From Bacteroidota bacterium (GTDB taxonomy: Bacteria; Bacteroidota; Bacteroidia; Bacteroidales; GWA2-32-17), in assembly GCA_037441645.1 (NCBI GenBank), contig JBBIRU010000012.1:86863-150862 (forward strand): a stretch of 64,000 nt of DNA. Reading direction: 5' to 3'. The translations under genes were made by a program, and so were the position numbers. The notes beneath the pieces were generated by a model. The model made no database searches and was not told the origin of the DNA. It saw only the letters and a program-made list of their open reading frames with translations. Shown here one piece after another: positions 20,448-30,300 of the stretch (position 1 is the stretch's first letter; every line of letters begins with the position of its first letter).

Positions 20448-22859
20448 TCCTAATATTGTAATATCGTCTGTTTGTTCCTGTTCTATTCCATTTGAACACC
20501 TCCAATCATGTAATGTATTTTCTAATAATGTTTTTTGCTCTGACATCGGTTTACCTGAAATACCGGTTATTCTTTGTTTTAATGAACTTAACAGGAATTT
20601 CTTTCCTTTAGGTCCTCCGAATTGATCGGAAAAACCATCTGAAAATAAATAAATAGTATCATTCTTTTCCAATTGAATTTCATGATTGGTAAATTCGTCC
20701 ATTCTTACATAAATTGAGATAGGCATTTTATCCCCTTTGAGTTCATAAAGCTCAGAAGTTTTTAAAGTCTCAGAGTTAGCTTCATTCAACTTTTCGCTTT
20801 CCACTTTCTCACTTTCTGACTTTATAAACTTTCTGACTATATAAATAGGGTTATTGGCTCCTGCAAATTGCATTTTTAAAGTTACGGTATTAATGGCAAC
20901 AAAGGTTATGTCCATTCCATCTTTTACACTCTGGCTCTCTGCTATGTATTGATTCCGGATTTTACTATTGTCCTCCTGGTAATCCTGAATATTTTTTTGC
21001 TGTAGTGATTTAATAATATATTTCCTCATTTCGTTAAGTACATGACTTGCTGTCTGTACGTCTTCCCTGGCAACAATTTCATTTAAAAAAGAGATACCCA
21101 GCATACTCATAAACGCCCCGGGAACTCCATGCCCCGTACAATCTGCAACTGACAGAAGTATCCATTCATTCCTGCCGGCAACAAAGTAAAAGTCCCCGCT
21201 TACTATGTTACGCGGTTTATATATTACAAAGTAATCCGGGTTTTCCTTCCCGGTTAAATGAGAAAGCACTTCTTTTATATGTGTTTCAGTTGGAAGAACA
21301 GCATTCTGAATTCTTTTGGCATATCGAATGCTATCGGTCAACTGCGTATGAATTTCTTCCAGTTCTTCCTTCTGGTTAATTACAAGATCTCTTTGGGTTT
21401 CTATTTCATCACGCTGGGAAGTAATTTCCTCGTTTTTTTGTTGGATTTCAATATTTTTTACTGCCAGAAGAATATTTGCTTTTTTCTTTGCTGTAAATTG
21501 TTTGTAAAGTAAAACCGAAAATATTATGACAAGAATCAACACCAGGATAATACTGTAAATAATAATTCTCTGCTTTTTATTTTCGGCCTTCTTCCTGTTC
21601 AGGTCAATATCTTTTAAAGCTTTATCCTTTGTTAAATTATCAATCTCTAATTGTTTCTTCTCAGACTGATACACTGCCTCCATTTCTTTTAGCTGTTTGC
21701 TGCTTTCGATATTTAATAAACTATCATTTAAAATATTTGATTTTTTTTGATTTTTAAATGCCAGTTCAAATAATCCTTTATTTTCATATGAATTGGATAA
21801 ACATTCATAATCCGATTTTTCAATTTCCAGCGAACCAATTTCACAGGCAATTTCCAGGCTCTGTGTGGCATATGTTATCGCTTCACTGTATATTTTCAGC
21901 TCATTTAACAAAGAAGCTATATTTGTCATAGAAAGGGCTATTCCTTCCTTGTCATCCATTTCTTCATTTATTTTCAGGGCCTTTTTATAATATTCAAGGG
22001 ATATTTTATAATTTTCAGATGCTTTCGCCTCTTCTTTCTTTCTGGCTTGTTTTATAGCCTGCTCATAATAAAGAACACCAATATTGGTATAGGTTTGCGA
22101 AATTCTTTTTTTCATTCCGAATTCTTCGTAAATTTTTAAAGATTTCTTGTAGTTTTCAAGAGCTAAAGAGTATTTAAGTTTGTTTTTATAAATAATACCG
22201 ATATTATTGTAACAATTTGACATGCCTCCTTTGTCTCCTGATTCTTCATATATCTCTAATGCTTTCTGAAAATAATACAATGCCAGAGAATCTGATTTCT
22301 GGGCATTATGTATAACGCCAATATTTATATAGCAGTCTGATATTTTCTTTTTTTCACCAATATTTTCATAAATCTTCAGTGCTTTATGAAAACTTTCCAG
22401 GGCCTGCTTAAAATTACCCTGCTTTTGATAGTCAACTCCCATGTTTGCGCTACAGACCCCCATTCCCAGCAGACCATCTCTTTTATTTTTTAAATCCGGT
22501 AACCTGGTTAACTCCTCATATATTTTATATGATTTCCTGTAATTTTCGAGCGACTTCGGAAAATCTCCCATTTCCTGGTTTAGTATCCCTATATAATTGT
22601 AGCATTTTGCAATCCATTTTTTTTCATTTGATTTTTGAGCTAATTTAAGTGCATTAAGATAAAAGTACATGGCCGAATCAGGAACAGAGTACTCGTATAA
22701 ATCACCCATCTGAAGAGTAACCATCACCTTAACCGAATCCTGCTTTGAATTCCTGATAATTTTCAACAGAGAATCTATTTCACCCTGACTTTGGGAAAAA
22801 ACAAAGAAACAATTAACAATTAGAAAGGATATAATTAATAATAAACTTCTTTTAATCAT
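20436..22859 (-). CDS. TPR-repeat sensor protein with a TM helix, coiled coil and a C-terminal PP2C/SpoIIE phosphatase domain
   Basis: Repeated TPR units (CYNNIGIIY..YSLALENYKKSLKIYEE), TM segment IIIYSIILVLILVIIFSVLLY, and PP2C motifs SGDFYFV, ADCTGHGVPGAFMSMLG, DGMD, FSDGFSDQFGG. Confidence 0.8.
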   Translation of the reverse strand: MIKRSLLLIISFLIVNCFFVFSQSQGEIDSLLKIIRNSKQDSVKVMVTLQMGDLYEYSVPDSAMYFYLNALKLAQKSNEKKWIAKCYNYIGILNQEMGDFPKSLENYRKSYKIYEELTRLPDLKNKRDGLLGMGVCSANMGVDYQKQGNFKQALESFHKALKIYENIGEKKKISDCYINIGVIHNAQKSDSLALYYFQKALEIYEESGDKGGMSNCYNNIGIIYKNKLKYSLALENYKKSLKIYEEFGMKKRISQTYTNIGVLYYEQAIKQARKKEEAKASENYKISLEYYKKALKINEEMDDKEGIALSMTNIASLLNELKIYSEAITYATQSLEIACEIGSLEIEKSDYECLSNSYENKGLFELAFKNQKKSNILNDSLLNIESSKQLKEMEAVYQSEKKQLEIDNLTKDKALKDIDLNRKKAENKKQRIIIYSIILVLILVIIFSVLLYKQFTAKKKANILLAVKNIEIQQKNEEITSQRDEIETQRDLVINQKEELEEIHTQLTDSIRYAKRIQNAVLPTETHIKEVLSHLTGKENPDYFVIYKPRNIVSGDFYFVAGRNEWILLSVADCTGHGVPGAFMSMLGISFLNEIVAREDVQTASHVLNEMRKYIIKSLQQKNIQDYQEDNSKIRNQYIAESQSVKDGMDITFVAINTVTLKMQFAGANNPIYIVRKFIKSESEKVESEKLNEANSETLKTSELYELKGDKMPISIYVRMDEFTNHEIQLEKNDTIYLFSDGFSDQFGGPKGKKFLLSSLKQRITGISGKPMSEQKTLLENTLHDWRCSNGIEQEQTDDITILGLRI

Positions 22860-22988
22860 TTTTATGAATAACCAATTTCAGAAAATTCAATTTATGTAAA
22901 CTTATCTTTTTTTTAATTTCCGGCAAAATATATGGACGAAAAATCGATGGTTAAATAAATTATCTTTCATTTGTAAAAAATTTGAGTT

Positions 22989-24167
22989 ATGAATCCAGGT
23001 AATTTTGACCATTTTTTCGAACAATTAAGTAACAGTCTGAATAATAAAGATTTTATTAAAATCACTGTCAGCGATAAACGGAATAAAGAAAATGACTTAA
23101 AAAATGTTTCTGCTAAAGTTGTTTCCTTAAAATCAGGCATAAAATTATCATTTGTATATCGCTATCCAACTAAAGACATTACAAAAAACCATGACTTTAA
23201 TGAATCTGTTCAGCTTTTAAAGGAAATGATGGAAAATGAATTTCTCCGTGCTGATTTATTTACAACTAAAAACGACTATCACTTAGTAATCAACAAAAAG
23301 AATAATACAGCCGCAATAACTCAGAAGCCCTCAACCAATAATCAACTTCCGCCTTTAAGTCATGATAAAACCAAATTCCGTTCGATAAGCACTGTTAACA
23401 ATATTTATCTTTTCGAACTTGGCATAACTACACCGGAAGGAAAAATAAAAACTGATAAAAACGATAAATTCCGGCAAATAAATAAATACATTGAAATCCT
23501 GGATGGAATTATTAAATCATCAGACCTTCCTTTCTCATTTACCGTGGCCGATATGGGATCGGGTAAGGGTTACCTTACTTTTGCTTTGTATGATTACCTG
23601 GCAAATACATTACATTTAAACCCTGTGATTACCGGGGTTGAGTTCCGCGAAGAACTGGTTGAAAAATGCAATTCTGTTGCACAAAAATCAGGATTTGAAA
23701 ATTTATCTTTTAAAAAAGGTTCGATTGAAACATCTGATTTCCTTCCTTCCGATATCCTGGTTGCTTTACATGCCTGTGATACGGCAACCGATGAAGCTAT
23801 TTACAGGGGCATTAAAGCAAACTCAAAAATTATTATTTGTGCACCCTGTTGTCACAAACAGGTCAGAAAGCAGATGAACCCATCTAATGAGATGAAAACA
23901 ATCACAAAACATGGAATTTTAGAAGAGCGTCAGGCAGAAATTGTTACCGATGCCATTCGTTCGTTGATACTGGAAGCACATGGATATAAAACCAAAGTGT
24001 TTGAGTTTATTTCTACCGAACACACTCCCAAAAATGTATTAATTGTCGGAATTCAGGTTGGAAAAAAAACAACGATCAATAAAGAATTATTGGAACAGGT
24101 TCATAATCTTAAATTAATGTTCGGAATTGAATTTCATTATCTTGAGAAACTTCTGAAACTCGTTTAA
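22989..24167 (+). CDS. SAM-dependent methyltransferase (class I)
   Basis: Motif I VADMGSGKGYLTFALY, followed by VALHACD. Confidence 0.7.
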   Translation: MNPGNFDHFFEQLSNSLNNKDFIKITVSDKRNKENDLKNVSAKVVSLKSGIKLSFVYRYPTKDITKNHDFNESVQLLKEMMENEFLRADLFTTKNDYHLVINKKNNTAAITQKPSTNNQLPPLSHDKTKFRSISTVNNIYLFELGITTPEGKIKTDKNDKFRQINKYIEILDGIIKSSDLPFSFTVADMGSGKGYLTFALYDYLANTLHLNPVITGVEFREELVEKCNSVAQKSGFENLSFKKGSIETSDFLPSDILVALHACDTATDEAIYRGIKANSKIIICAPCCHKQVRKQMNPSNEMKTITKHGILEERQAEIVTDAIRSLILEAHGYKTKVFEFISTEHTPKNVLIVGIQVGKKTTINKELLEQVHNLKLMFGIEFHYLEKLLKLV

Positions 24168-26509
24168 AACTCAATTTTATAACTGATATTCGGAATAATA
24201 AAAGGGTCTTCTTTTTTCAGAACCTGTTGTGTTTTCCTGTCAAAACTGAATCCTTCAAATTCTTTTTCACCCAACACATTGATAATATGAAAAGCCAATA
24301 AAGTGGAATACTTTTTATGATTTGTTCTATAATTTACCGAAAAACTCAGAATTTTCGAATCCTTTGCTTTTGCTTCATAAGCGTGGGTTACATCATATAC
24401 TATTTCCTGCTGAGCCAGGGTTTTGTCAATATCTACGGGTATGTACCGGTTCCCTCCCTGGAATGTAATCCGTGCGTTTATACTAAAAATATTAGTCTTG
24501 TTTTTACCTGTCTGCCATTCCTTTCCTGCTAAAATATTCACAACATAATTTTTATTATACAGGCTGTTCCGCTCAATTCCATCACCACCCTTGTAGCTTG
24601 ATTTAAATAAGGACGTTGTTAAAAGATAGTAAAAGCCCTTTTTAAGAAACCTCTCTAAAGTTAAATCAATCCCAACATTTGATCCTGTACCTTTATTTAC
24701 CAATGAATCATTGAAAAACCATGCTGATTCCATATTCAGAAGAGAAATATAAGATTCCGGAACAACAGGAATGTTAAATAATGACTGATAAAATGGTTCC
24801 GCTTTAAAATGCGTGACTTCATCTAATTGAATCTTGTAACACAGCACGAAATGATTTGCTTTTCCAAAGCCTAATTCCTTGTTTGGTTGCACGATGTTTC
24901 CGTTATTGTATTGTTCCAGTAAGTAAATATTTAAAGGTTCTGCCTGGCTGTGTAAACCATATGCAAAGCTTACCGAATGCAGCTGATTGATTTTCCAGTT
25001 CAGGCCAATTCTGGGTTCTATAGAATAATGATTGTTTAAAGCAAAAAACATGGTATGAATACCTGCATTTACAGAAAATTTTCCGGATAATTCCAGGGAA
25101 GACTGGGTATATGCCTGGAACAACAGGCTTTGTCCTTTTTCATTATTGTAGGTTATCATGGGAGAACCTGTTTCTAAAGCATGCCTGGTATGAAAAGTAT
25201 AACTATAATTTGTTATTATTATTCCGGTACGGTTGGAATGCCTTACACCAAATTTATGATTAAGCTCACCCGAATATGATAACCGGAATACATCATTGTA
25301 TATATTATTAGCAGGTCTTAATGTCAGTAATGAATCCAGCGTTTTTTCATTCCATTCGGTTGTGTTTCCCGATGAAGCAATCGTTGAATGAATCCAGGTA
25401 TTTTTTCCGAAAATATAATTATGACTTATCCCGACGGCTTCCATCAGTTGGTTTGTAGTGGCCTCGGCACGGTCATCTTCGCTTTTCCACTTTGTTGAAT
25501 CTGTATTTGCTTTTCTTTCCTGGCCGTCAGTAGCAGCAATTCCCCAAAACGAAAAAGTACCGGCTTTCAGGGTTGGAAAATTTAATTTCCACGACACATC
25601 CTGGTAGGTTATTTTTCCGGCTTCGGGCGGCAGAATAGGACCCAGAAGAGCCAGCGTTGAATACCTGTAATTAAAAATATATGACGATTTTTTCCCTTTT
25701 TTAAAAGGGCCTTCGGATGCCGCATCGAGTCCAATGCCACCAATCTGTATTGCATGTTCGTATCGCTCGTTATTTCCTGTTCTGATATTCAGATCAAAAA
25801 CTCCTGAAAGTGCATTTCCGTATTCTGCCGGAAAAGCTCCGGTCATGAAATCGGAATTACCCAGCATATGACTACTCAGCGCAGTTGTGCCTCCCCCTCC
25901 GAAAGTTGCCATATTGGCAAAGTGATTGGGGTTTGAAATTTCAACACCTTCTATTCTCCATAATAACCCTTTGGGTGCATTTCCCCGGATAACAATCCCA
26001 TTATTTGACAAACCGCTTGAAACACCTGCAAAAGATGATGCCAGCCTGGCAAAATCATCGTACCCACCGGCATACCGGCCTGCCTCCTCCACAGATAATT
26101 GCCGGGCGCTTACAGAGTTCATTTTATTTAACGGTTCGTCTTTATTGGAATTTGCCGTTACGGTTATTTCGGAAAGAGTTTTTAAAGATTCTTTCAGTTC
26201 TATTTTTAAAACAGTTTCTTTTGCCGAACTGATTAAAACTTCCCGTATAATATACATTTCATACCCTAAATAATTAATCTGAATATCATGCCTGCCAACC
26301 GGAACGTTTTCTATTCTGAATTGCCCGTTGTTATCACAAGTTGTTCCTAAAACCGGGTTAGTTCCTTTAACAATTACTGTAGCCCCGGTTAAAGGCATTT
26401 GTGTTTGGTTATCAATTACAGTTCCCCTGATGGTCTGAAACAAATTCTGAGCAACCAGCTGTTGTAATACAACGATTATAAGCACTGTAATTAAAAATAT
26501 TTTTCTCAT
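24164..26509 (-). CDS. TonB-dependent receptor (CarboxypepD_reg-like, plug and beta-barrel)
   Basis: Signal peptide; TIRGTVIDNQTQMPLTGATVIVKGT (CarboxypepD_reg); plug-like region; 781 aa ending in the aromatic terminus SYKIEF. Confidence 0.8.
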   Translation of the reverse strand: MRKIFLITVLIIVVLQQLVAQNLFQTIRGTVIDNQTQMPLTGATVIVKGTNPVLGTTCDNNGQFRIENVPVGRHDIQINYLGYEMYIIREVLISSAKETVLKIELKESLKTLSEITVTANSNKDEPLNKMNSVSARQLSVEEAGRYAGGYDDFARLASSFAGVSSGLSNNGIVIRGNAPKGLLWRIEGVEISNPNHFANMATFGGGGTTALSSHMLGNSDFMTGAFPAEYGNALSGVFDLNIRTGNNERYEHAIQIGGIGLDAASEGPFKKGKKSSYIFNYRYSTLALLGPILPPEAGKITYQDVSWKLNFPTLKAGTFSFWGIAATDGQERKANTDSTKWKSEDDRAEATTNQLMEAVGISHNYIFGKNTWIHSTIASSGNTTEWNEKTLDSLLTLRPANNIYNDVFRLSYSGELNHKFGVRHSNRTGIIITNYSYTFHTRHALETGSPMITYNNEKGQSLLFQAYTQSSLELSGKFSVNAGIHTMFFALNNHYSIEPRIGLNWKINQLHSVSFAYGLHSQAEPLNIYLLEQYNNGNIVQPNKELGFGKANHFVLCYKIQLDEVTHFKAEPFYQSLFNIPVVPESYISLLNMESAWFFNDSLVNKGTGSNVGIDLTLERFLKKGFYYLLTTSLFKSSYKGGDGIERNSLYNKNYVVNILAGKEWQTGKNKTNIFSINARITFQGGNRYIPVDIDKTLAQQEIVYDVTHAYEAKAKDSKILSFSVNYRTNHKKYSTLLAFHIINVLGEKEFEGFSFDRKTQQVLKKEDPFIIPNISYKIEF

Positions 26510-26563
26510 AAAAGATAATTCTTATCTTTGATACAAAGGTCAGTATTTTCTCACCCGGGTTGC

Positions 26564-26583
26564 AATACTGATATATCAGTATT
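26564..26583. promoter_or_regulatory. Perfect 20-bp palindrome (candidate operator) ending 2 nt before the LuxR-family gene start
   Basis: AATACTGATA|TATCAGTATT is a perfect inverted repeat. A third half-site, TCAGTATTTT at 26540..26549, repeats 26576..26585 exactly. A TAnnTTTG -7 box (TATCTTTG) lies at 26523..26530. Confidence 0.45.
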
Positions 26584-26585
26584 TT

Positions 26586-27356
26586 ATGGAAAAACAATTA
26601 GCCCGCTTATTTCAGCAATATGATGAATTGCTCAGATCCCAGCAATTTGTCCAGGAAGATCTTGATTATAGCATTCCCGATTCACATATTCCTTTTCTTG
26701 AAAAAGTAGACAACTTAGACAGCAGCCTGATTACCATTTTTGATCTGAATAAAAGAGAACATATTTATACCAGTAAATCATATAGTCCCATATTTGATTT
26801 TTTTGTAAAAGAAACATCCGATTCTAATAACTTGACTACAAACCATATTCATCCTGATGATTTTTACAAACTCATGGAATCGGGAATATATTTTTTAAAA
26901 TATGGTTTTTCATTACCCGTTGAAAACAGAAAAGATGGAAAGCTGGTAAACGAATACCGGATTCTGACGGAACAGGGTAAATATGTCAGGGTAATTGAGC
27001 AGCAAATGTGCCTCGAAAACGATAAACATGGGAATGTATGGTTAGCATTAAGTATCATGGACATTTCACCAGACCAGGATTTGGATTCACCTTTTCGAAG
27101 CCGTCTTGTTAATACAAAAACAAGTGAGGTTTTCATGTTTCCTCCACCAGATAAAGCAAAAATGCTAAGTTCCCGCGAACAGGAAATTATTAAACTTATC
27201 AGCGAAGGTTTGGTAAGTAAAGAAATTGCCGATAAGCTTTTCATCAGTATCAATACTGTAAATACTCATCGCCAACGGATTATTGAAAAATTAAATGTAA
27301 ACAATACGGCAGAAGCCGTCCGGTATGTTTCCGAAGTTGGTTGGTTTAAGCTTTAA
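26586..27356 (+). CDS. LuxR-family transcriptional regulator (PAS-like N-terminal domain and LuxR-type HTH)
   Basis: C-terminal LSSREQEIIKLISEGLVSKEIADKLFISINTVNTHRQRIIEKLNV is the canonical LuxR/GerE HTH. Confidence 0.85.
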   Translation: MEKQLARLFQQYDELLRSQQFVQEDLDYSIPDSHIPFLEKVDNLDSSLITIFDLNKREHIYTSKSYSPIFDFFVKETSDSNNLTTNHIHPDDFYKLMESGIYFLKYGFSLPVENRKDGKLVNEYRILTEQGKYVRVIEQQMCLENDKHGNVWLALSIMDISPDQDLDSPFRSRLVNTKTSEVFMFPPPDKAKMLSSREQEIIKLISEGLVSKEIADKLFISINTVNTHRQRIIEKLNVNNTAEAVRYVSEVGWFKL

Positions 27357-27362
27357 AACTCT

Positions 27363-30300
27363 CTACCTGATAATGCTGATTATTCCCTGGATCGGATCTC
27401 TTCCGGGCAAGGTTAAAATAAACAGGTAAGATCCCATCGGCATATCCTTTCCTTTCCATTTTCCATCCCACCAATTTGAAGGGTTATCATAATTATCCGA
27501 TTTAAATAACAAATTATCCCAACGGTTGTAAATTTCCATTTTTGCTCCCGGAAAATAATCAATATGTTTTATTTCAAACTTATCATTTTTGCCATCGTTG
27601 TTTGGAGAGAAAACAGAGGGAATTTCAAGACAATTTTCAGAATTTGAACTTGAAATATTAATGGTTCTTATCATATCACATCCGTTACCATCCGTAACAG
27701 TAGCTGTATATTGGCCAATTCCCAGTCCTGAAAGATTTGTTACAGTCGCTCCGTTTGACCATAAAAATGCAACCGGCTGAACAGCGCTGACAATTGTTGA
27801 AGTAATGGAACCGTTATTGTCCGTACTGCATACTGCATTTGTTGAATCGAATAATATAACAGGTAACGCATTTACATTTACAGCAATACTATCTACGCTT
27901 CCGCAATTATCAGCATTGGAAACGGTAACATGATATATTGCGGTTACTGAAGGAATAACCGTCTGAGTAGCGCCGGATGGCAGTGAATGGTCCCATGTAT
28001 AAGTAAGGGGTGGCGTTCCTGTACTTCCCGAAGCACTTAACGCTACAGCAGTTCCTTCGCAAACAGTAGTGCTTCCGGATGCTGTAACAGAAGCCACAGG
28101 AGTTTCATGAATGACAACAACAGCACTGTCATTTCCTGAGCATAAACTGGTTGCATCCATTTCTGTAACATATAATATCCCTGTCTGGAAATTTCCCCAG
28201 GTAATGCCAACAACGTACGATGTAGCTGTTACAGGACTTCCGCCGGTTATCGACCAGCTATATGTGTGACCGGATTGATTTGTTGTAGAATAATTAAAAG
28301 TCTGGCCCTGGCATGCGGTAAGATTTCCGGTAATCTGTGGAGCAGGAATAGAATTAACTGTAACCGTTACACTGTCAGAATCCTGGCAACCATTCAGATC
28401 GGTTACAGTAACGGTATAAGTTGTTGTTGAAGTTGGATTTGCTAAAGGATTTGAAATCACATTGGAACTTAAACCAGCAGATGGATTCCACAAATATGCT
28501 GAACCACCTGATGCGTTTAATTGTGTTGACCCTCCTTCACAAAAACCGGCATTATTTCCGGCATCTGCAACCGGCAAGTTGTTTACTGTTACAGCTACCT
28601 GATCTGAAGCAACACATCCATTAATATCTGTAACTACGACCGAATAAGTTGTAGTTGCCGAAGGAGTTGCTACCGGGTTAGAAATTGTATTATTATTAAG
28701 ACTTCCTGATGGAGTCCATAGATACCCGACACCTCCCTGGGCTGAAAGATTTACGGAATTACCCTGGCAAATTGTTGTGTCAGCACTAATCAGAACAACA
28801 GGTAATGGATTTACTGTAATTAAAATACTATCAACATCCGTACAGCCTGCTCCATCGGTTACTGTAAGAACATAAACAGTAGAGACCGTTGGATTTGCTG
28901 TTGGATTATAAATACCCGGATCAGATAATCCTGCTGAAGGGCTCCATAAATAGGTTCCTCCCCCTGTAGCCGATAAGCCAACAGAAGAACCCTCACAGAA
29001 TGACTGATCGTTTCCGGCATTGGCAACAGGATTATTCACAGTAACCACCAAAGAATCTGAAGCCGTACAACCATTTGAACCTGTCACAATAACACCATAC
29101 ATTGTTGTTGAATTCGGACTTACAGAAATATTCTGAGTGGTTTCAGTAGTTGTCCATAAATATGAAACTCCTCCGGTAGCCGTAAGATTGGCCGAAGTTC
29201 CGTAACATATTATGGTATCATTTCCGGCACTGGCAGGAGGCAGGGAATTTACAGTTACCACAACCTGGTCAATAGCAGTACAGGAACTTGCAACGGTAAC
29301 CGTTACAGAATATGTATTCGAAGCGGTGGGAACAAATGGCAGTCCCTGGGTAACTCCATTATCCCACTGATATGTATTGCCCCCGGTTGCGGTAAGCGTA
29401 ACAGGTTCACCATAACATACTATTTGATCTGAACCGGCATTAGCAACCACATTATCCATAGTAACGTGTACATAATCAATTGCAGAACATGAATTTGCAT
29501 CAGTCACAGTTACGGTATAAGTTGTTGTACCAATAGATGCCGGTGTAAAAGGAACTCCTTGCTGAACACCATTATCCCAATTATATGAAGTTCCTCCTGT
29601 AGCTGTTAATGTAACCTGTCCACCCGGACAAATCATCTGATCGGTTCCGGCATCAGCAGGGGGCAGAGTATTAATAATTACATCCACCTGATCGGTTGCT
29701 GTACATGAATTGGCATCTGTAACAGTAACAGTGTAAGTAACCGTTCCCGTACCTGAAGGAACAAAAGGAATACTTTGCAGAACCCCGTTCGACCATGTAT
29801 ATGAAGTTCCACCGGTAGCCGTGAGAGTTACATTATCTCCGGAACAGATAGTCTGATCATTTCCGGCATTTGCAACAGCCGAATTAACAGTAATGTCCAT
29901 CGTTGCAGAAACGGCACATGAACTGCCATCAGGTGTAAAAGTATAAGTTGAAGTTCCTCCTGTGGAAGTGCTAATTGTTGCCGGGTTCCATGTTCCTGTT
30001 ATTCCATTTACAGAAGTAGCCGGTAATAAATCAGGGCTTGTTCCTATACAATAAGGTCCTAACTGTGAAAATGAAGGTGTTGCATTGGCAGTTACAGTTA
30101 CATCAAGAGTTGCAGTTATGGCACATAATCCTGCTGTCGGAGTAAATGTATACGTTGTTGTACCTGCTGAACCGGTACCAATTGTTGCCGGACTCCATGT
30201 ACCGGTAATGCCATTGTTAGAACTTGCAGGAAGTGAAGCCGGGCTGGCGCCTACGCAATAGGGTCCATACGAATTAAAAATGGGAGTTGCATTGGCAGAA

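Noticed and set aside
26864-27253. 129-aa antisense ORF inside the LuxR regulator gene
   Set aside because: The sense strand encodes an unmistakable LuxR HTH, so the antisense ORF is a shadow.
27861-30300. Adhesin repeat variability as a diversity-generating retroelement target
   Set aside because: No reverse transcriptase gene or template-repeat/variable-repeat pair occurs in the window, and the repeats are ordinary diverged domain duplications.
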